From positions 448,001 through 512,000 of the forward strand of contig CAWJET010000002.1 of NCBI GenBank assembly GCA_963842085.1: 64,000 nucleotides of DNA, read 5' to 3'. A model generated the notes under the pieces. It did no database searches and had not been told where the DNA came from. It worked only from the letters and a program-made list of their open reading frames with translations. Origin of the DNA: an uncultured delta proteobacterium. Its GTDB lineage: Bacteria; Desulfobacterota; Binatia; Binatales; Binataceae. Positions 1 to 8,084 of the stretch are shown here, one piece after another. How positions within the stretch are numbered: the first letter of the stretch is position 1; each line of letters begins with the position of its first letter. Both the position numbers and the translations under genes were made by a program.

Positions 1-183
1 CGGCGCCGATGCGGTGAGCTGGATATGCGATGCCGATGCTGTGGCGTGTTCAGGTTTCAAAACGTGTGTGACTCGCTCGGCATTGACGCGGAGCGATTGC
101 GCGCGGCTGACCGAGCAACGACGGGCGGCGTGAGCCGAACAACGCCGGTCGTTTCCTCAATCGACGGCGTGAAAAAAATCTAA
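1..183 (+). pseudogene. 3' fragment of a conserved hypothetical protein, apparently frameshifted
   Basis: Frame 2 reads DAVSWICDADA and frame 1 continues FRFQNVCDSLGIDAERLR...KKI* (stop 181-183). Together these resemble the recurrent 'A..W...D....FSF.N.C..LG.D...LR' hypothetical motif. Truncated by the window edge. Confidence 0.35.
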
Positions 184-190
184 AGTCTTA

Positions 191-316
191 TTACTGCCAA
201 ATCGAATCCAGCGCGGGCCAGATATGATAGGCAAAGCCATACATCAACGTCGTGAGAAACCAGCCTGCGGCAAATCCGATATAGAGACCTTCTGCGAACG
301 TATGATTCTTCATCAT
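191..316 (-). CDS. 41-aa small membrane protein (not in the ORF track)
   Basis: Read by hand: MMKNHTFAEGLYIGFAAGWFLTTLMYGFAYHIWPALDSIWQ*. It has a single hydrophobic helix and an SD-like AGGTGAG just upstream. Confidence 0.45.
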   Translation of the reverse strand: MMKNHTFAEGLYIGFAAGWFLTTLMYGFAYHIWPALDSIWQ

Positions 317-343
317 GAATACTCACCTACTTCGTCGACGCTT

Positions 344-583
344 TTACCGCGCTCCGCTTCTCCTTGGTTGATTGCGCTGCCTTCTTTTTCGCCGCCACGC
401 CCGCGCAGGTTTCTCTACCGCGGATGCCTTGCGCACTTCAATCGACGATCCCCCAAGCTGCCGCTGCCAGCCTGCCGCGTCGGACCAGAATTTCCGAACC
501 TTGAGGATTTCGCCCTTGCGCACGACGTAATAGACTTTGCCTTCTTTCGCAACCGGATGTTCGGTCTTTTCGATTTTTTTCAT
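344..583 (-). CDS. small basic hypothetical protein
   Basis: 79-aa ORF with GGAGG 7 nt upstream of the ATG. No recognisable family. Confidence 0.4.
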   Translation of the reverse strand: MKKIEKTEHPVAKEGKVYYVVRKGEILKVRKFWSDAAGWQRQLGGSSIEVRKASAVEKPARAWRRKRRQRNQPRRSGAR

Positions 584-819
584 CGCTCGTCCTCCGAGGT
601 TCGTCGCGCTTGCTCGATGAAGATCACCAGCGCAGTCAGGGTATTGCGGACGGTGTAGCAGCGTTCGGCGCTCGCCTAGAGTAGTAACTGGAGCACTCAG
701 TGGCTAATCGAAGCGGTGCCGAATGGCTATTGGGGCGAGCGGCGCCGAGGATCGAATTGTGAACAGCGCAACCTTGGATATTTCCGGCGCGCCCGCTTCG
801 AGTGTAGAATCTCAGCGCA

Positions 820-1461
820 ATGAGCCTAATCTGTCCCAGATGCCGTACCACGATTCCTTTGAGGCCAAAGAGAGGCCAAGGCCATGTCTTTACCGCGCGT
901 GGTGTCGCGATCCACGGAAACGTGGATTACGACAAGGGAGAAGCTCACATGGGTGACGCTCCATTCAAAGCTTACTATCCGTTGTTTGGAGAGACTTACG
1001 GGGTCGCGCTCTGTGACGAATGCAGTAATGAGTATGTGGTCATTATCTCCGGCCCTCCGAGGATCGTCTGGCCGCTACCGGGGGTAGAAGTCCCAAAACA
1101 GATTCCAGGAGAAGTGAGTCGTCCGCTGATAGAAGCGAAAAAGGCGCACGGCGTCAGCGCTGAAACGGCCGCTCTACTTGCGGCTCGTACGGCATTAGTC
1201 CGGATGCAAAGACAGCAAAAGATCTCCAAGATTGATGACCTGATAGAGCAAGGAGTAATCACCCCTGTGCTAGCGGGCCAGGCGCATGAAGTGAGATTAT
1301 GGGCGAACGCGACCGGACACGAAGATTTGACAACGGATCCCTCTGGCGACGACGTTGAGCATCTGATCGCATACATCGACCTGTTGTTTGAAACGATCTA
1401 TGTCCACCCGGAAAGGCTCGCTGCACTTAAGAAGAAACGGGGCAAAATGAAAGGCGAATAG
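820..1461 (+). CDS. DUF4145 domain protein with N-terminal CxxC/CxxC zinc ribbon
   Basis: CPRC...CDEC, then the DUF4145 pattern (A..LAAR.AL...KID.L...G.I....AHEVRLWANATGH). Lower GC than the core genes. Confidence 0.7.
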   Translation: MSLICPRCRTTIPLRPKRGQGHVFTARGVAIHGNVDYDKGEAHMGDAPFKAYYPLFGETYGVALCDECSNEYVVIISGPPRIVWPLPGVEVPKQIPGEVSRPLIEAKKAHGVSAETAALLAARTALVRMQRQQKISKIDDLIEQGVITPVLAGQAHEVRLWANATGHEDLTTDPSGDDVEHLIAYIDLLFETIYVHPERLAALKKKRGKMKGE

Positions 1462-1626
1462 ACCCTCCCATCGCCGAGAAGGTTGACGGCGCGGGCCGTC
1501 ACTCGCTTTTCTAAATTCAGTCACTCATTGTCAAATTAAGTCAGTACCCGAAAGGTCCGTTCACTTGTGACAACGTACCAGGTTGTAGTATTCCTGCGTC
1601 TGGAGTTGTTAACTCGTAGGGGGATC

Positions 1627-2213
1627 ATGAGAAGACTCGCCGTCTATACCGTTGCAGTTTGCTCTTTGATTGGCACTTCATGCGCCACGATGCTGAAGGG
1701 TACCAAGGACGAAATCACCGTAGTTTCGGATCCGGCCGGCGCCCAGGTGACCGCCAACGAAACTCAGGAGGGACCGACTCCTGTCTCGTTCACCGTCCCT
1801 CGAAACAGGATCTCAACATCACGGTTTCGAAGGCAGGCTACCAGCCGCAAGATCTGCAAGATCCGGTCAGCTTTCGCTGGGGCTATGAGGCTTGGGCGTT
1901 CCTCGCCTACATAATCCCGATGGTTGTTGATTTGTCGGACGGCGCGGCCTGGGGTCATGACCACCTGACGTTGACTGCGCATCTTGAACCAAACACCCAA
2001 CCGACTTCCGCCGCAGGAGGAACGCCACCGGCTGCGAGCGCTGCCTCCGAGACCCAGGTGTCGCCTCTCGCAGCCCCTTCGCCGGCTCCACAGATCGAAA
2101 GTAGTGCTGGTGCGCCTGTTCCGTCGCCTGCCGCAGCTTCATCGGCCTCCGCCGCGAGGCAACCTGCGGCCAGCGAGGCACCATCGTCGCACGTGCCTTC
2201 CTTGCCTGAATAA
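1627..2213 (+). pseudogene. PEGA-domain lipoprotein split by a 1-bp frameshift near 1798-1801 (pseudogene or assembly indel)
   Basis: ORF 1567-1914 supplies the signal/lipobox (GTSC) and SDPAGAQV...GPTPVSFTVP. ORF 1659-2213 continues SKQDLNITVSKAGYQ...VDLSDGAAW plus an Ala/Pro/Ser tail. One extra C in GTCCCTCG joins them. Confidence 0.7.
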
Positions 2214-2273
2214 CGCGGCGGAGAGTGTACATCTCAGTCCGTCGAACCTCCGCCACATCGAACTGTGCACGCT

Positions 2274-2331
2274 GCACTGCCAAATCGTCATCGAGCGCGA
2301 GCGTGGTCGCGGGCTTTGAGATCAGCGATCG
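2274..2331 (+). repeat. imperfect direct repeat, copy 1 (~58 bp)
   Basis: GCACTGCCAAATCGTCATCGAGCGCGAGCG...CGCGGGCTT(T)GAG.TCAGCGATCG is repeated at 2752-2808. Confidence 0.85.
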
Positions 2332-2389
2332 GCGGGAGGGCCCCTTAACCAATTCATTCTGCGCTCAAATTAACCAAGGAGGAGAAAAA

Positions 2390-2701
2390 GTGATCAAGAC
2401 GATCAGAGCGAGAGCGATCTGCACGCGGTGCAAAATGATGCTCGTCGATCCGAGCGATGCAGAGAACCTAACGCATGGCATTCGCGGCGCAATGATCCTC
2501 GATCCGAACGACGAAAAGGACCGAACGCACCGCACCCGAAAAGACGGCACGCCGTGCGGTGGTCCCATCGCGATGTCGCAGTCGCGCCCCAAGACGCCAC
2601 TGGAGGAACGGATCGATCGCGTGGTCGAAAAGCAGATGGAGCGACGCACGCTCGAAAAGCTGACGCTCGACAAATCTCTCGCAGGGAGGACTAGAAAATG
2701 A
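2390..2701 (+). CDS. hypothetical protein, possible Zn-binding (CxxC...H...C)
   Basis: Strong SD AAGGAGGAG at 2376-2384 before GTG 2390, in frame with ORF 2225-2701. Confidence 0.55.
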   Translation: MIKTIRARAICTRCKMMLVDPSDAENLTHGIRGAMILDPNDEKDRTHRTRKDGTPCGGPIAMSQSRPKTPLEERIDRVVEKQMERRTLEKLTLDKSLAGRTRK

Positions 2702-2751
2702 AACTCGCACTCACTCAACAGAAACGTCGCGAACCATCCCGCGCCCGCCCG

Positions 2752-2808
2752 GCACTGCCAAATCGTCATCGAGCGCGAGCGGGATCGCGGGCTTGAGGTC
2801 AGCGATCG
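2752..2808 (+). repeat. imperfect direct repeat, copy 2
   Basis: The first 30 bp are identical to 2274-2303; the remainder is nearly identical. Confidence 0.85.
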
Positions 2809-3044
2809 CCCCGCGCGCCGTTGATCGCAACGAAATCGCAATCTGTGTGGCGCAGCACCTCGCCACACAATGTCCGAGATTATCTAGTCAACTCAGTTGG
2901 TTAGCGAACCATGCAGAAACTCGCGATAAAAACGCAGATTGTGTTTCAATAGCGCCGCGCGCTCAACCCAGCCGCGTGAAGATCGAAAACCCGTCTTGAA
3001 TTGGAATCATCAGCCGGTTAGACCCTATACTCTTGCCCTCGCCC

Positions 3045-3130
3045 GCGAGAGTGGCGGAATGGCAGACGCGCAAGGCTCAGGACCTTGTGAGCGCAAGCTC
3101 GTAGGGGTTCAAGTCCCCTCTCTCGCACCA
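3045..3130 (+). tRNA. tRNA-Leu(CAG)
   Basis: Acceptor stem GCGAGAG/CTCTCGC-A-CCA, D-arm GGCGGAATGGCAGACGC, anticodon arm CAAGG-CT CAG GA-CCTTG, long variable arm, T-loop GGTTCAAGTCC. A TATACT -10 box lies at 3026-3031. Confidence 0.97.
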
Positions 3131-3162
3131 ATTTTAATCGTGCGGTGCGGTCGCGTTGCGGC

Positions 3163-3414
3163 TCAATAGGGCGCAGGAACCGCGTCAGAGGCCTTGTTGC
3201 CCGACGTTTCCGGACCATGGCATTTTGCGACGTCCGCTTCGCTGGCGCCGATGGCAGACGCTATTTCAGCATCGGAGCGGCCGGATTCCGCCTGCAGCTT
3301 TACCACGTTGCAGTCGACGTGATCTGTGGAGATCGAGCTGCAGCCCGCCACTCCGGCAACAAGCAACGTTCCAAGCGCGGCAGCCATAGTCAGTTTGCGA
3401 AACGCGTGAGCCAT
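3163..3414 (-). CDS. small lipoprotein
   Basis: Signal peptide with lipobox VAGC, two further Cys, and GGAG/GGGG upstream. Confidence 0.65.
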   Translation of the reverse strand: MAHAFRKLTMAAALGTLLVAGVAGCSSISTDHVDCNVVKLQAESGRSDAEIASAIGASEADVAKCHGPETSGNKASDAVPAPY

Positions 3415-3575
3415 CGAAATATCCCCTCCGGAGTCGAATACGGCCCGTCCCCCGCCACGAGCATGCGCACGATATTATTAACCGGCTCGATTTTACAAGC
3501 TGTAGATCGAACGGACGCCCTGCCGAAAGCCGATCGTGCTTGAGAGGCGACCGGCGGGACAATATGATTTGAGCG

Positions 3576-3598
3576 AAGGGCGCGCCGCGCCCTTTTTT
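3576..3598 (+). terminator. intrinsic-terminator-like hairpin in the valS leader
   Basis: AAGGGCGC-gcc-GCGCCCTT-TTTT, ending 16 nt before the valS start. Confidence 0.4.
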
Positions 3599-3614
3599 CG
3601 ACGGAGCGACTGCG

Positions 3615-6290
3615 GTGGATTTGCCCAAAACATTCGATTCCAAGTCCGCTGAAGAACGATGGTTTCAAAAGTGGATTGACCTCGGCTACTTCAAAGCCGA
3701 TCCCGCGCGCCCGGGCAAAGTCTTCTCGGTCGTGATTCCGCCGCCCAACGTCACCGGCCAGCTCCATCTCGGCCATGCGCTCAACGTCTCGCTGCAGGAC
3801 ATCATCGTGCGCACGCGCCGGATGCAGGGTTACAACACGCTGTGGCTGCCCGGCACCGATCACGCGGGAATCGCGACGCAGAACGCGGTCGAGAAGGATC
3901 TCGCGAAGGAAGGCAAGGACCGCCATCTGCTCGGCCGCGACGCGTTCGTCGCTCGCGTCTGGGAGTGGCGCGAGACCTACGGCGACCGCATCCTGCACCA
4001 GTTGCGCCGGCTGGGCGCGTCATGCGACTGGAGCCGCGAGCGCTTCACGCTGGACCCCGGCCTTTCGCGCGCTGTTACCAAAGTTTTTGTCGATCTCTAC
4101 AACAAGGGTCTCATCTATCGCGCCAACCGGCTGATCAACTGGTGCCCGCGATGCGAAACGGCGCTGTCCGATCTCGAAGTCGATCACAAAGACGTGCAGG
4201 GGAGTCTCTGGTACATCCGCTACCCGCTCGCCGACGGATCCGGCGCAATCACGATCGCGACGACGCGGCCGGAGACCATGCTTGGCGACACGGGTGTTGG
4301 TGTGAACCCGGATGACGATCGCTACAGATCGTTGGTTGTTGAAGATGGGCGGCCGGTTCGTAAGATTATTCGTCTGCCGTTGCTTGGTCGTGAGATTCCG
4401 CTCTTTGGGAACGAATTTGTGGATCGCAGGTTTGGAACAGGCGCCTTGAAAGTCACGCCTGCACACGACCCTCTCGATTTTAGGCTCGGCCAAATGGAGA
4501 AACTCGAATTCATTTCGATTTTCGACGGCACCGCGCATATCAACGAAAACGGCGGCGCGTATCGCGGGCTGTCGCGCGAGGATGCGCGCAAGCAAATCGT
4601 CAAGGACCTCGAAAAGGCCGGCCTGCTCGAAAAGATCGAGCCGCATTCGCACGCGGTCGGCGTGTGCTCGCGATGCGACACCGTCGTCGAGCCGATGCTC
4701 TCCGAGCAGTGGTTCCTGCGGATGCGCGAGATGGCCGATCGCGCGATCGAGGCCGTGCGCAAGGGTGACACGACCTTCCATCCGAGGTTCTGGGAGAACA
4801 CGTTTTTCAACTGGCTCGAGAACATCCACGACTGGTGTATCTCGCGCCAGCTATGGTGGGGCCATCGCATTCCCGCCTACCGATGCGTGCGATGTGACCA
4901 CCTGATCGTCGCAGCGGAGCGCCCCTCGCGATGCCCCGAGTGCGACGGCTCCGACATCATCCAGGACGACGACGTGCTGGACACCTGGTTCAGCTCGGGC
5001 CTGTGGCCGATGTCCACGCTCGGCTGGCCGGAGTACACGCCCGACTTCGAGCGCTACTACCCGACCAGCCTGCTGCTGACGGGATTCGACATCATTTTTT
5101 TCTGGGTCGCGCGCATGATGATGTTCGGGCTCGAGGTAACGGACAAGGTGCCGTTCAGGGACGTGTACATCACGCCGTTGGTGCGCGACGAACTCGGCAA
5201 GAAGATGACCAAGTCGAAGGGCAACGTCGTTGACCCGCTCGATTTGATGGACCAGTACGGCGCCGACGCGGTGCGCTTTACGCTCGCGCAGTTGGCCGCG
5301 CAAGGCCGTGACGTAATCCTGTCGCAGGACAGGTTCGCCGCAGCGCGCGCATTCGCAAACAAAATCTGGAACGCCGCGCGCTTCGTGATGATGAATCTCG
5401 ATGGCGCGCCGCAACCCATCCCGAAAGTAGAAGTCGCGAAGCTGGGCTTGGCCGAGCGATGGATTCTGTCGCGGCTCGACGACACGATTCGCGATGTCAC
5501 CCGCTCGATCGACGCTTACGAATTCAACGTCGCGGCGATGAAGCTGTACCAGTTCATCTGGCACGAGTTCTGCGACTGGTACATCGAGCTGTCCAAGGAG
5601 CCGCTCAAGGCCGGCGGAGAACGGCAGGCTGCGGCGCGCTGGGTGCTGGTGAACGTATTCGACAAGATGCTGCGCCTGCTGCATCCGTTCATGCCGTTCG
5701 TCTCGGAAGAAATCTGGCAGGTGATTCGCCTGTATCTCGACGAGCCGAATCTCGCCGCGCATCTGCCGATTGCGAAGTATCCAGAGCCGTCGGCAACGAA
5801 TCCGCTGTCACCGGCGGAAGAGCTCGCGATGAATCACTGCATCGAGGCGACCGAAGCGATCAACTCGCTGCGCTCGCTGCTCGGCTGGCATCCAAGCCAG
5901 CGCGTGGACGGTGTGATCATGCAACGCGGGCCTCTTGACGAAACTTATATGTGGATCAAGTACGCCAAGGTCTTGGGTAAACTAGGGAATGTTGAGAAGG
6001 AGCCAAATTCGCGACAGCGGATCGTCCTCATCAACCTACCTTGGGCAGATATAGGAATTAGAGTACCTCCTGAATTCGACTACCAACGGACAAGGCAGAA
6101 GCTTCAGAAGGATCTCGCAGACGTTTTGAAACACGCGACACAACATGAAGCGCGACTCAACGATTCACAATTCATGCAGAAGGCCGACGCCGAGACTGTA
6201 GAAAATGTCAGCGCGCGCTTTAAGGAGCTACAGGCTCAACGCGTCCTACTGCAACGACAGATCCAACAATTGGATGCGGCAGTGGACTAG
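3615..6290 (+). CDS. valS: valine--tRNA ligase
   Basis: PPPNVTG.LHLGHA (HIGH), TTRPET, DWCISRQLWWGH, DVLDTWFSS, KMTKS (KMSKS) and a C-terminal coiled coil; 891 aa. Confidence 0.98.
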   Translation: MDLPKTFDSKSAEERWFQKWIDLGYFKADPARPGKVFSVVIPPPNVTGQLHLGHALNVSLQDIIVRTRRMQGYNTLWLPGTDHAGIATQNAVEKDLAKEGKDRHLLGRDAFVARVWEWRETYGDRILHQLRRLGASCDWSRERFTLDPGLSRAVTKVFVDLYNKGLIYRANRLINWCPRCETALSDLEVDHKDVQGSLWYIRYPLADGSGAITIATTRPETMLGDTGVGVNPDDDRYRSLVVEDGRPVRKIIRLPLLGREIPLFGNEFVDRRFGTGALKVTPAHDPLDFRLGQMEKLEFISIFDGTAHINENGGAYRGLSREDARKQIVKDLEKAGLLEKIEPHSHAVGVCSRCDTVVEPMLSEQWFLRMREMADRAIEAVRKGDTTFHPRFWENTFFNWLENIHDWCISRQLWWGHRIPAYRCVRCDHLIVAAERPSRCPECDGSDIIQDDDVLDTWFSSGLWPMSTLGWPEYTPDFERYYPTSLLLTGFDIIFFWVARMMMFGLEVTDKVPFRDVYITPLVRDELGKKMTKSKGNVVDPLDLMDQYGADAVRFTLAQLAAQGRDVILSQDRFAAARAFANKIWNAARFVMMNLDGAPQPIPKVEVAKLGLAERWILSRLDDTIRDVTRSIDAYEFNVAAMKLYQFIWHEFCDWYIELSKEPLKAGGERQAAARWVLVNVFDKMLRLLHPFMPFVSEEIWQVIRLYLDEPNLAAHLPIAKYPEPSATNPLSPAEELAMNHCIEATEAINSLRSLLGWHPSQRVDGVIMQRGPLDETYMWIKYAKVLGKLGNVEKEPNSRQRIVLINLPWADIGIRVPPEFDYQRTRQKLQKDLADVLKHATQHEARLNDSQFMQKADAETVENVSARFKELQAQRVLLQRQIQQLDAAVD

Positions 6291-7138
6291 TGGAACTGTT
6301 CAAGCAATTCGATCCCACCGATCTCATCAAGCGCGCGCTCGCTGAGGACGTGGGGCAGGGCGATATCACCACCGCCGCGACTGTTGTCCCCGGCGCGATG
6401 GGGCGCGCGAGGATCATCGTTAAGGAACCGCGGATGATTCTCGCCGGCGGCATCCTGATTGAGCCCGTGATGCGTCAGACAGGCGCCGAGCCTCGAATGC
6501 TCAAGCTCGCGCCTGAAGGGGCTGAGCTGAAGGCGGGCGATGTGCTCGCGGAGGTCGAGGGCAAGCTCGCGGGACTGCTGATCGGCGAACGCACCGCGCT
6601 CAACTTCGTGCAATTGCTCTCAGGAATCGCGACCACGACGCGCGCATTCGTCGATGCCATAGCGGGCACGCGTGCGAAGATCATCGACACGCGCAAGACG
6701 CATCCCGGCTTGCGCGTCGTCGAGAAGTACGCGGTCCGCGTCGGCGGCGGGCACAACCATCGCCTGGGCCTCGACAGCGGCGTGCTGATCAAGGAAAACC
6801 ACATCGCGGCGGCGGGCACGGTGACGAAAGCGATCGAAGGCGCGCGCCGGGTCGCACCGCATACGCTCAAAATCGAAATTGAGTGCGAGACGCTCGCGCA
6901 AGTTGAAGAAGCACTTAAAGCCGGCGCCGATGCGATCCTGCTCGACAACATGACGCTCGGCAATATCCGCAAAGCGCGCGCGTTGGCCGGATCAAAAGTT
7001 CAGCTCGAGGTTTCCGGCGGCGTGACGCTCGAGACCGTTCGCGCAATCGCCGAGGCGGGCGTCGATCTGATCTCCGTCGGCGCGCTGACGCATTCAGCGC
7101 GCTTCCTCGACATCAGCATGAGAATCGACGCGGTCTGA
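6290..7138 (+). CDS. nadC: nicotinate-nucleotide diphosphorylase (carboxylating)
   Basis: EDVGQGDIT, ERTALN, DTRKTHPG, NHRLGL, LIKENH, LLDNM, SGGVT, ISVGALTHS. Confidence 0.97.
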   Translation: MELFKQFDPTDLIKRALAEDVGQGDITTAATVVPGAMGRARIIVKEPRMILAGGILIEPVMRQTGAEPRMLKLAPEGAELKAGDVLAEVEGKLAGLLIGERTALNFVQLLSGIATTTRAFVDAIAGTRAKIIDTRKTHPGLRVVEKYAVRVGGGHNHRLGLDSGVLIKENHIAAAGTVTKAIEGARRVAPHTLKIEIECETLAQVEEALKAGADAILLDNMTLGNIRKARALAGSKVQLEVSGGVTLETVRAIAEAGVDLISVGALTHSARFLDISMRIDAV

Positions 7139-7193
7139 TTGGCGGGCGCCGCCGCGCGCCCGACCCAACGCCTGGGCGGATTCACTGAAAAAA

Positions 7194-7991
7194 ATGCCTC
7201 AGAATCCATATCTTGCTATCGAACGAGGCGCGCCCGGCCGCATCGGCTGGCGAATCCATTATTTCGACGAGCTCGACTCCACCCAGGAAGCCGCGCGCCC
7301 GCTGGCCGCCAGCGGCGCCGACCAGGGCACCGTGGTAATCGCCGAGCGACAGACCGCCGGCCGGGGCAGGATGGGCCGCACGTGGCATTCGCCGTCCGGC
7401 GTCAACCTGTACACGACGATAATCCTCCGCCCGCCGATTCCGCTCGCCGACGTCCCGCGCATGAGCCTGGTCGCCGGCGTCGCTGCGGCCGAGGCGCTTG
7501 AGCGCGAGGCGCCGGGTATCGTCGCGCTCAAATGGCCCAACGACGTATGGCTGCGCGGACGCAAGGCCGGCGGCATAATCGCCGAGGCGGTCACCGACGC
7601 TCGACAGAATCTCGACTGCGTGCTGCTCGGCATCGGCATCAACGTAAATCTCGCCGCCGACGACATCCCGCCCGACCTGCGCGACAGGGCGACCTCGATG
7701 CGTATCGCGACCGGCCACGCGTGCGACCGGATTGCCATCGCGGATTCGCTTTTTAATCTGCTCGACTCCCGCTATATGGAAACCCTGACGCGCGGCTTCG
7801 AGTCGATTCGCCCCGCGTGGGAACGCTTCTCCGCTCTGACCGGCAAGCGCATCGCGATCGCGGACGGCGGGCGGCGTCAGTCGGGAGTGGTGAAGGGAAT
7901 CGACGGGACCGGTGCACTGCTGCTAGACATCGGAGACCGGGTCGAGCGAATCGTCGCGGGTGAGGTGAGCGTGGAGGGCGCGTACGAGTAG
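7194..7991 (+). CDS. birA: biotin--[acetyl-CoA-carboxylase] ligase (group I, no HTH)
   Basis: DSTQ, QTAGRGRMGRTW, KWPND, KAGGI, GIGINVN. No N-terminal HTH. Confidence 0.93.
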   Translation: MPQNPYLAIERGAPGRIGWRIHYFDELDSTQEAARPLAASGADQGTVVIAERQTAGRGRMGRTWHSPSGVNLYTTIILRPPIPLADVPRMSLVAGVAAAEALEREAPGIVALKWPNDVWLRGRKAGGIIAEAVTDARQNLDCVLLGIGINVNLAADDIPPDLRDRATSMRIATGHACDRIAIADSLFNLLDSRYMETLTRGFESIRPAWERFSALTGKRIAIADGGRRQSGVVKGIDGTGALLLDIGDRVERIVAGEVSVEGAYE

Positions 7992-8084
7992 GCTTATGTG
8001 ATTAGCGCGAAATAACTGCATCGCTCGGGGCGTGGCGCTCTGAAATCGGCGCTGTCCCGGCGCGCAGGTTGAGAGGTAAGCTCC

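Noticed and set aside
3045-3130. tRNA-Leu as attachment site of an integrated element
   Set aside because: No duplicated tRNA 3' end or integrase in the window, and core genes follow downstream.
3420-3614. T-box riboswitch for valS
   Set aside because: No T-box consensus or specifier stem is recognisable.
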